The notes beneath the pieces were generated by a model. It searched no databases and was not told the DNA's origin. It saw nothing but the letters and a program-made list of their open reading frames with translations. Position numbers and translations under genes: made by a program. A stretch of DNA of 64,000 nt from Bacteroidota bacterium (lineage in GTDB: Bacteria > Bacteroidota > Rhodothermia > Rhodothermales > Bin80): positions 4,781-68,780 of the forward strand of contig JAPPGC010000027.1 in assembly GCA_028875125.1 (NCBI GenBank), read 5' to 3'. Position 1 is the first letter of the stretch. Each line of letters opens with the position of its first letter. Shown here piece after piece: positions 29,576 through 37,694 of this stretch.

Positions 29576-31291
29576 ATGAGATATTCGGTCGACCACGTAC
29601 TCATCTGTGGAGTGGCTTGTGTGATTGCGGCATTGTCTGGATGTGAGAACACTCCGCCCCCCGAGCTCTCCGACAAACCCATTGGTTTCACCGAGGTCAC
29701 TGCCGACGCGGGCCTTGGAGCCTTCCGACATGATAACGGTGCGGATGGAAAGAAATACTACGCGGAGCAAATGGGGTCAGGTGCAGGATTTATAGACTAC
29801 GACGGCGATGGCTGGCTAGACATCTTGCTTTTGGGCGGCGGGTACTGGGATCGTGCTCCGCATGCGTGGTACCAATCATTTTGGATGTATCGCAATATGG
29901 GGAATGGCACATTTGAGGAGGTAACGGACGAGGTGGGCTTGGGGCAACTTTATGCCTTCACGCTTGGTGTGGCAACAGCTGACTTTGACAATGACGGGGA
30001 CCAGGATATTCTGGTGACGAATCTCAATGAAAATATGCTCCTGGAGAACACGGGCGGTGTGTTTGAACACAAAAAGTCGAGTCTGAGCATTCATGATGAA
30101 TGGAGTAGTTCAGCTCTGTGGATTGATACAAATCGTGATGGATGGCTGGATGTTTACGTGGGTAACTACGCAGACTGGAGCCCAACGCGCGACAAGTTCT
30201 GCCCCGAAGGTGGGGTGGTTAAGCTTTACTGCGTTCCCGCGGATTATGAGGGCATTTCCAGTAGGTACTTTGAAGCCAGTGGCGATGGCGTGTTCGTTGA
30301 GCGGACGCAGGAGGCCGGTATATTCCACCCTCTGGGAAAGGCCCTTGGCATGGCAGAGTGGGATTTCAATCGAGATGGTTGGCCCGACTTTGTAGTGGCT
30401 AATGATGGTGAAGGAGACCTGCTGTTCATGAACAATAAGGATGGCACATATTCCGAGCGAGGGGTACAGAGTGGGATCGCTTTCAGTGAGCATGGGGAGG
30501 CCCGTGCAGGAATGGGAATTGATATAGGTGTGATGGATGAAACCGGCGAACCATCAGTTTTTGTGGGTAACTTTTCCACGGAAATGATCGGTGTGTACCG
30601 TTATTTGGGCAACGGGCTGTTTAGTGATCGCGCGGCCAGATCCCGTATTGGTCAACCAAGCCTGAATACGCTCACTTTCGGATTAATGGTGCTCGATGTG
30701 GATCTGGATGGCGATCTGGACTTGTTCGTTGCAAACGGACACGTATATCCAGATCGGTTGGTAGGGCAGGATAAGATTACCTATGAGCAGCGGGCACAGT
30801 TGTTCGAGAATGTTGGCAGCGGATTCTTTGAAGAGGTCTCCCCCTCAACGACGCCACCTCTGGAGATAGAAATGGTTGCTCGAGGTGCGGCCTTCGGAGA
30901 TTATGACCGTGATGGTGACCCGGATATCCTGATCGTCGAGAACGGCGGCCCGGCGCGTTTATGGCGCAATGATGTGACTGGGCGAAATTGGTTACGCGTT
31001 ACCGTTACGGGGACCGAGGGGAATCGCGATGCCTTTGGTACTCACGTCCGCGTGTATGCGGGAGATCGGATACAGGAGCGTCGTATTCGTTCGGGGTCCA
31101 GTTATCTCTCCCAAAATGAGGTGGTTGCTACATTTGGCTTGATGGATATTCAGGCAATTGACAGCGTTCGTGTGGATTGGGCCGCCGGAGGCTCCCTGAC
31201 ACTGCAGGATGTGCCCATAAACACAGAGGTTCACGTTACTGAGGGTCAGCAGGGTTGGATCGAACGCTCGATGCCCGGGGCGGCCAACTAG
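29576..31291 (+). CDS. CRTAC1-family lipoprotein (FG-GAP/VCBS repeats + ASPIC/UnbV C-domain), paralogue 1
   Basis: 571 aa with lipobox IAALSGC. It has repeated DYDGDGWLD / DFDNDGDQD / DVDLDGDLD motifs. The C-terminal UnbV_ASPIC pattern reads NRDAFGTHVRVY...RSGSSYLSQNE. Confidence 0.8.
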   Translation: MRYSVDHVLICGVACVIAALSGCENTPPPELSDKPIGFTEVTADAGLGAFRHDNGADGKKYYAEQMGSGAGFIDYDGDGWLDILLLGGGYWDRAPHAWYQSFWMYRNMGNGTFEEVTDEVGLGQLYAFTLGVATADFDNDGDQDILVTNLNENMLLENTGGVFEHKKSSLSIHDEWSSSALWIDTNRDGWLDVYVGNYADWSPTRDKFCPEGGVVKLYCVPADYEGISSRYFEASGDGVFVERTQEAGIFHPLGKALGMAEWDFNRDGWPDFVVANDGEGDLLFMNNKDGTYSERGVQSGIAFSEHGEARAGMGIDIGVMDETGEPSVFVGNFSTEMIGVYRYLGNGLFSDRAARSRIGQPSLNTLTFGLMVLDVDLDGDLDLFVANGHVYPDRLVGQDKITYEQRAQLFENVGSGFFEEVSPSTTPPLEIEMVARGAAFGDYDRDGDPDILIVENGGPARLWRNDVTGRNWLRVTVTGTEGNRDAFGTHVRVYAGDRIQERRIRSGSSYLSQNEVVATFGLMDIQAIDSVRVDWAAGGSLTLQDVPINTEVHVTEGQQGWIERSMPGAAN

Positions 31292-31293
31292 TG

Positions 31294-32958
31294 ATGCGTA
31301 ACTCGGGCTTGCTTTTTTTGTGTTTGTTATTTCTCTTCGGATGCGCAACCCGGCCATCGGAGGATTTAGATGATACGGATCACCTGTTTACTGATGTGAC
31401 GGAGGAGGCCGGACTGAGCGGAGTACTTCACACGAATGGTGGCTTCGGAGATTTCTGGGCACCGGAAATAGTTGGTGCGGGTGGGGCGTTTTTTGATTAT
31501 GACGGCGATGACCAGCAGGATATTCTTGTAGTTACCGGCGGTGCATTCGAGGGAGAACCCCCACTTGGTGCGCATCCAGCGCTGAGACTTTTTCGCAATA
31601 TGGGAAATGGAACGTTTGCTGAGGTTACGCAGCCTGCTGGTTTGGCACTCTTGCGCAGCTATAGCCTAGGGGTAACGATCGGAGACTACGACAATGATGG
31701 GGATCAGGATATCTATGTGACAAATCTAGGCCCAGACTTGTTGTTACGTAACACTGATGGTGTATTCGAGGATGTTGGCCAGGCAGCAGGTGTGGGAGTA
31801 ATAAGTGAGTGGAGTACTAGCGCAATGTTCTTTGATGCCAATCTTGATGGGCATCTAGATATCTATGTTGGAACGTATGTACACTGGACGCCCGAAGATG
31901 ATATTTACTGCAGTTTTGGTGGAAGCAAAGTTTACTGTACCCCTGAACTCTATGAGGGTATTGCGAGTCGTTACTATGAAAACCAGGGTGATGGTACGTT
32001 TACAGAAGCTACGGCAAGAGCGGGTTTCCTGACGGGTGTGGAGGCCATCCGGGATAAGACACTGGGGGTCGCGGAGATGGATGCGAACGGTGATGGGTGG
32101 CCTGACGTAGTTGTGGCTAACGACACAGAACGAGATATGCTCTTCATCAATCAGGGCAATGGTTCGTTCATTGAACGCGGAATCACGAGTGGAATAGCCT
32201 ACGATCAGCACGGCAAACCCAGGGCGGGTATGGGCATAGATGTTGGCGTCGTGGATGATTCTGGGGAGCCTTCCATATTTGTCGGGAATTTTTCGGATGA
32301 GATGGTTGGTGTATACCAGCACATGGGAGGCGGCATTTTCAAGGATCGGGCATCGGCTTCACGTATCGGGCAACCTAGCTTCAAGACATTAACTTTTGGA
32401 TTGGTGCTTTTTGATGTGGACATGGATGCGGATTTGGATCTTTTGATTGCGAATGGACATGTGCAGACGCACATTGCGCAGATTGTTGACGGAGTCACTT
32501 TTCGTCAGCGACCTCAGCTGTTCCTGAACGATGGGACAGGGATATTTGCTGAGATGCCCGCGGTCGGTCTGCTTGCAGAATCCTTTGTGGGGCGTGGGCT
32601 TGCCACGGGAGACTATGATCGGGATGGGGATTTAGACGTGCTCATGGTAGAAAACAATGGTCCGATACACCTCTGGCGTAATGAATCACAGGGGCGATCA
32701 TGGCTTCGGGTTGAACTCACAGGCACGGCAAGCAACCGGAACGCGTATGGTGCTCAGCTCCATTTCTGGAGCAATGGGCAGATGCAGGTTCGGCGCGTAC
32801 GTGCGGGATCAAGCTATCTGTCTCATTCAGAAACAGCGGCGTTCTTTGGGTTCGAGGGTACACCTGACAGTTTGTACGTGCGGTGGCCTAGCGGCAAGGA
32901 ATCTCGGAATCATGAATTAGGGATGAATACCAGACTACTGATTATTGAAGATGAGTAG
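31294..32958 (+). CDS. CRTAC1-family lipoprotein, paralogue 2
   Basis: It is colinear with paralogue 1. The ATG at 31294 gives MRNSGLLFLCLLFLFGCATRP (lipobox) and begins right after the previous stop. The track ORF starts at 31255. Confidence 0.8.
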   Translation: MRNSGLLFLCLLFLFGCATRPSEDLDDTDHLFTDVTEEAGLSGVLHTNGGFGDFWAPEIVGAGGAFFDYDGDDQQDILVVTGGAFEGEPPLGAHPALRLFRNMGNGTFAEVTQPAGLALLRSYSLGVTIGDYDNDGDQDIYVTNLGPDLLLRNTDGVFEDVGQAAGVGVISEWSTSAMFFDANLDGHLDIYVGTYVHWTPEDDIYCSFGGSKVYCTPELYEGIASRYYENQGDGTFTEATARAGFLTGVEAIRDKTLGVAEMDANGDGWPDVVVANDTERDMLFINQGNGSFIERGITSGIAYDQHGKPRAGMGIDVGVVDDSGEPSIFVGNFSDEMVGVYQHMGGGIFKDRASASRIGQPSFKTLTFGLVLFDVDMDADLDLLIANGHVQTHIAQIVDGVTFRQRPQLFLNDGTGIFAEMPAVGLLAESFVGRGLATGDYDRDGDLDVLMVENNGPIHLWRNESQGRSWLRVELTGTASNRNAYGAQLHFWSNGQMQVRRVRAGSSYLSHSETAAFFGFEGTPDSLYVRWPSGKESRNHELGMNTRLLIIEDE

Positions 32959-34627
32959 TTCAAGGATTGTCAAGGCTGGCCTGATGATTGCGTTGATCGT
33001 TTCGGCGGGCTGTGGATCCGAAACAGGTGAAGAAGCTCCGGAAGTTGGCAGGCGTACGGTTGAGATCGTGTTTACTGATGTAACTGAAGAGTCGGGTTTG
33101 GGTGACTTCCAGCATGAAACAGGTGCTTTCGGAGAAAAGTGGTTTCCAGAGACAATGGGGGCAGGCGACGGCTTCCTGGATTATGACAGCGATGGGATTC
33201 TGGATGTATTGCTTGTTTCAGGCGGGTTTTTTTCGTCAGGAGAGCAGGTGTCGCCACCAACGCTCCGACTGTATAAGGGCATTGGAGACGGTACGTTTTC
33301 AGAAGTCACACAGGAGTCTGGATTGGCAGGATTACAGGCATACGCCTTTGGCGTGAGCGTTGCGGATTATGATAATGATACAGATGCAGACATTTTCGTC
33401 ACTGCACTGTACGAGAACCTCCTACTGCGTAATGATGAGGGTGTATTTAGCGAAGTCAGTGCAGAAGCAGGGTTGGGAGGCTATCGGGAGTGGAGTGCAG
33501 CCGGTGTGTTTATGGATGCAAATTTAGACGGATGGCTTGACCTTTATGTGGGAAACTATGTTGACTGGACGCCGGAAAAGGACATTTACTGCACACGTGT
33601 TGGAGATAAGAAATCCTATTGCACACCGGAGCAGTATGAGGGGATATCAGGTCGCTTTTATGTCAACCTAGGCGACGGGACATTTGAAGAGCAATCAGAC
33701 GATTTCAGGGGTTTGCCTGGAAAGACACTTGGAGCAGCCAGTCTGGACTACAACAGAGATGGATGGTCTGATTTGATTGTGGCAAACGATACTCAACGGG
33801 ATTTGCTTTTTGAAAATCAACGCGATGGGACATTCATTGAGAAAGGCATCGTAAGTGGCATTGCGTTTGATGAGACAGGGCGGGCGCGTGCCGGAATGGG
33901 ACTTGATGTTGGTGTTGTAGACGAAACTGGCAGAGAGACGGTGTTTGTGGGGCATTTTTCGGGCGAGATGGTTGGTGTTTATCGTCACGCGGGTAGTGGA
34001 ATTTTTATCGAACGGGCTGCCGTTTCCCAGATTGGACGTCCCAGTTTACCTACACTTACCTTCGGTCTCTTGCTTGCTGATATTGATCTGGACGGGGATC
34101 TGGACCTTTTGACGGCGAACGGCCACATAACTGAAGATATCGGAGAGGTGGAGGAGGGCATAACTTTCCGGCAGCGCACACAACTTTATGTGAATGAAGG
34201 GGGTGGTCTATTTTCCGAGATAGAGCCAAGTGGCGCTCTGGCAGAACTTATGGTAGCCAGGGGCGCTGCCTGGGCGGATTATGATATGGACGGAGACCCA
34301 GATGTGCTAATCAGTGAGAACGGGGGGCCTGCACGCCTCTGGCGCAATGATACGCAGCCTGGTAATTCATTAACTGTAAAATTAACAGGATCCAGTAGTA
34401 ATCGCGATGGAATTGGCAGTCGGGTTCGCGTAAAAACAGATCAGGGGTGGCAGGAGCGTTATGTGAGAGGAGGCGCTAGCTATCTTTCGCAAAACCAGCA
34501 ATGGCCGCTGTTTGGGCTTGGGTTGTCTACAGTTGCTGATTCCCTGGAAGTATATTGGCCTGGTGGTACTTTGACTGTACGAGAGGCTGTACCAGCAGGA
34601 GTGATCACGTTTACTGAAGAATTATAG
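32945..34627 (+). CDS. CRTAC1-family lipoprotein, paralogue 3
   Basis: 560 aa with lipobox IVSAGCGSE. It has the same FG-GAP/UnbV layout (NRDGIGSRVRVK...GGASYLSQNQ). Confidence 0.8.
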   Translation: MKMSSSRIVKAGLMIALIVSAGCGSETGEEAPEVGRRTVEIVFTDVTEESGLGDFQHETGAFGEKWFPETMGAGDGFLDYDSDGILDVLLVSGGFFSSGEQVSPPTLRLYKGIGDGTFSEVTQESGLAGLQAYAFGVSVADYDNDTDADIFVTALYENLLLRNDEGVFSEVSAEAGLGGYREWSAAGVFMDANLDGWLDLYVGNYVDWTPEKDIYCTRVGDKKSYCTPEQYEGISGRFYVNLGDGTFEEQSDDFRGLPGKTLGAASLDYNRDGWSDLIVANDTQRDLLFENQRDGTFIEKGIVSGIAFDETGRARAGMGLDVGVVDETGRETVFVGHFSGEMVGVYRHAGSGIFIERAAVSQIGRPSLPTLTFGLLLADIDLDGDLDLLTANGHITEDIGEVEEGITFRQRTQLYVNEGGGLFSEIEPSGALAELMVARGAAWADYDMDGDPDVLISENGGPARLWRNDTQPGNSLTVKLTGSSSNRDGIGSRVRVKTDQGWQERYVRGGASYLSQNQQWPLFGLGLSTVADSLEVYWPGGTLTVREAVPAGVITFTEEL

Positions 34628-34784
34628 CCGATTCATTAATATCCTATTGAAACCGGATACACGCGTCTGCATAAGCTTCTAGGATCCACATACCGGGATA
34701 AGGCATCGGTGGAGTAAGCATATAGTGCCATCGTCCGGTGGTGATCTGGTTGCGACAATTTGAAATGATTCCTTCCAAGGTACA

Positions 34785-36050
34785 ATGAGAACAAGACTGC
34801 TACTGTTATTTCTGTTAGCCGCTGGCTGTTCTGAGCCGAACGGGATAGCGGAAGAGCAACGAAAGAATCTTTCACCTTGGGTGGCCCGGTACATGATTGA
34901 AGCAGAAAATGCATTTGGGCGGGGTATTTATGAATTGGCGCTCACCTATACCGACAGTGTCGAGGCGTATGCACCTGAATTGGCAGATCTTCATTACCTG
35001 CGCGGCAGGATATATACGCAACTCAATCGCCTAGATGTGGCACAGGCTGCTTATCAAACGGTTCTGGAGATTGATCCAGCGTACGCCGGGGCCCGGTTTG
35101 CAATGGGATTGAACAGATTCCGGCGTGGCAAGCTTCGCGACGCCATCAACTCCTATCTGGAGGAGGAGTCTCAGGTAGGCCCTACAACGGCTCTGTACCA
35201 TGAATTGGGGCGGGCTTATGCCAAACTTGGTGTGCCAGACAGTGCCCAGATCGCGTATAGGCAGGCCTTAACAATTGATCCCGATCATGCGATGACTTAC
35301 ATGTGGTTGGGACAGTTACTCGAAGAAACGGGAGATTTGGAGGGGGCATTGGAGACCTCCTTGGCCGGCTTAAGACTTCGCCCGGATGACCTGGATTACC
35401 AGTACATCGTCGGTACGCAGTATTTCAGGCTGGATTCTGCTGAAGCTGCGCTTCCGTACCTGGAGCCCGTGGCCGAGAAGCGCTCATGGCATCACGGAGC
35501 ACAGTTCAATCTTGGACAAGTCTACATGCGGCTTGGGCGGGAGTCTGATGCAGAGATGTATTTTGCAAGAGCCGACCAGGCGCAGCAGCTACAGCAGCGT
35601 GTTAACGAAGCGCAGAACGCCATTAACAATGATCCAGGGTCGCCAGCCAACTGGATTGAGCTTGGTAACCGGCTTCGTCAAGCCAAGAGATTTGGTCGTG
35701 CGATTGAGGCGTACAAGAATGGGTTGACCATTGACGTACCACCGGGGCTTGCGTTGTACATGCAGACTAATCTTGCAACGTTATATCTCGAGTGCGGGGA
35801 TGCAACGGAGGCGGCCAACAGACTTGAAGCAATCCTACGTGCGGATCCTACTTTAACTGCCGCGAGACTCAATTTAGGCGTAGCATATGCACAGGGTGGG
35901 AGACTGGATGATGCGCGTGCAACATGGGTAGAACTTCTCGAAAGGGAGCCCACGCATGAGAATGCCTTGGCCTATCTGGAATTACTGGACTCAACGGATC
36001 AAACTGAACATGTGGAAGCGAGCGGTACTGACTGCCTTGATACTGGCTAA
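34785..36050 (+). CDS. TPR-repeat lipoprotein
   Basis: 421 aa with lipobox FLLAAGCSE. Multiple 34-aa TPR units are visible (for example YHELGRAYAKLGVPDSAQIAYRQALTIDPDHA). Confidence 0.8.
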   Translation: MRTRLLLLFLLAAGCSEPNGIAEEQRKNLSPWVARYMIEAENAFGRGIYELALTYTDSVEAYAPELADLHYLRGRIYTQLNRLDVAQAAYQTVLEIDPAYAGARFAMGLNRFRRGKLRDAINSYLEEESQVGPTTALYHELGRAYAKLGVPDSAQIAYRQALTIDPDHAMTYMWLGQLLEETGDLEGALETSLAGLRLRPDDLDYQYIVGTQYFRLDSAEAALPYLEPVAEKRSWHHGAQFNLGQVYMRLGRESDAEMYFARADQAQQLQQRVNEAQNAINNDPGSPANWIELGNRLRQAKRFGRAIEAYKNGLTIDVPPGLALYMQTNLATLYLECGDATEAANRLEAILRADPTLTAARLNLGVAYAQGGRLDDARATWVELLEREPTHENALAYLELLDSTDQTEHVEASGTDCLDTG

Positions 36051-37239
36051 TACGGGCATTGGGGCCAAGTCCCAGTCTATGCAGGACGGAGACTGGGTCG
36101 GACAAATCATCCACCTTACAGGTCGTTATATGGATGCGATCTACAAGGTCCGCAATACTGATTATGAGCTGCAGATTGTACTGGAGGTAGAGAATTTTGG
36201 GCCCTTTGAATTCAATGACATCCAGGTGACGCCGGACAGCCTATCCTTTGTATGGGAACCTTCATTTGAGCTGCAGTGCACGCTGGCCAGACTTCCAGAT
36301 AACGTTTATCACGGTGTGTGTAAGGACCCATGGGGAGGGTTCGGCGGCATTGTGATGGCGCCTCCGGGTTCAGACGTGAATGAGTTGACATTGGACGAAA
36401 TGACATTCAAGAGCATTGCTGGAATAGGTGATGCTGACTTGGAGGAAAAAGTGTCGGTTTTAGGTCCTATGTATCCATTGGGGCAGTCAGCGCAGCTATC
36501 CAGTGGAGCGGTAAACTATGTGGATGCGGGCTCCGGTCCGATTACCGTGATACTTATTGCAGGTCTGGGAGATAATCTTACGTCGTGGGAAATGCTCCAT
36601 CGGGGTTTAGCTCGCAAGACGCGTGTCATAGCCTACGACCGCCCGGGTCTTGGGTTTTCAGAGGAGACCAGTATTGCGCGCACGCCTGAGCAGATGGCCA
36701 CTGAGTTGAACGAACTCCTTCGGAGTGCCGGTGCAACCTCCCCATACCTGATTGTGGCTCATGCAGAGAGTGCCTTTACTGCACGGCGTTTCGTGGATCT
36801 GTACGGAGAGGATGTACATGGATTGGTGCTGATTGACCCCCATCATGAGGATCAGGCGGCGTTGTGGGAGGGTTTAGACGCCAAAGGATGGGAGTCCTAT
36901 TGGACGCAACGAAAAAGATTCCAGATAATGCTTCCCGGCGGTTCCGGTCGGGAGTTTGAATCCTATGCGGCGATCATCGATGGTGAGAGGGTTCCCGGAT
37001 TGGGCCCAATACCTCAAGTTCCCACTGTGGTGATCACTGCCGGTCGTGTATCTGAGTCTCCGAGATGGATTGGGGAGACCCAGGAGGGGCGTGCGGCATG
37101 GAATGGTTTTCATGCCGGCTGGGTGCACGGGATGCCTTCGGGCAGCCGTATGATTCAACTGCAAAGTGGGCCATACATCCATAATGAGAAGCCCGACGAG
37201 GTGGAGGAGATCATTCGAGCGATGCTCTCTGACAGATAG
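36010..37239 (+). CDS. alpha/beta-hydrolase-fold protein with an extra N-terminal domain
   Basis: The C-terminal half reads ITVILIAGLGDNLTSW...VIAYDRPGLGFSE...LIVAHAESAF...YIHNEKPDEV. The track start at 35956 overlaps the TPR gene by 95 nt. The ATG at 36010 gives a signal-like MWKRAVLTALILANTGIGA. Confidence 0.7.
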   Translation: MWKRAVLTALILANTGIGAKSQSMQDGDWVGQIIHLTGRYMDAIYKVRNTDYELQIVLEVENFGPFEFNDIQVTPDSLSFVWEPSFELQCTLARLPDNVYHGVCKDPWGGFGGIVMAPPGSDVNELTLDEMTFKSIAGIGDADLEEKVSVLGPMYPLGQSAQLSSGAVNYVDAGSGPITVILIAGLGDNLTSWEMLHRGLARKTRVIAYDRPGLGFSEETSIARTPEQMATELNELLRSAGATSPYLIVAHAESAFTARRFVDLYGEDVHGLVLIDPHHEDQAALWEGLDAKGWESYWTQRKRFQIMLPGGSGREFESYAAIIDGERVPGLGPIPQVPTVVITAGRVSESPRWIGETQEGRAAWNGFHAGWVHGMPSGSRMIQLQSGPYIHNEKPDEVEEIIRAMLSDR

Positions 37240-37694
37240 TATCTGCACGAAAATCAAGGTATAACGCGCGGTCAGTCTTATTGAACAGGGTTTTCCTCGC
37301 TTCACGTTGGGAAAGTCCTGCCTATTTTAGTGATTTGGTGAGTAAAGTTTCGGTGCGAAGTTTTTGGGCTCATATATCGGAGACCCATACAACATGGCAA
37401 TTCCGGGTTCCATTATTTGGGGCTGGCATGGTTTTGCTAATCTCTCATCTTGCTTACTGCCGTACAGGGGTCCCAATATTGGGGGCTAGTATATTTTCAG
37501 CCCCTTCAAGCTTACAATCCACATGCCATGTACTCAATTTGCCCGTGCCCCTTTGGTGCCTGCTTAGCATGTGACACATTTGTGCCAAACTCAAAGTTCT
37601 GAGCTTGTGTCCTACTGCCTGGAGACAACTAAATACGAGTGTGTTTAACCGTCGTTGAACAGGCAGATAATGATATGCTCTTTGGTATACCCGA

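Noticed and set aside
37281-37574. A 97-aa ORF in the 455-bp convergent spacer.
   Set aside because: It has a TTG start, no family resemblance and a low-complexity hydrophobic/Ser-rich translation. Its codon pattern is unlike that of the neighbouring genes.
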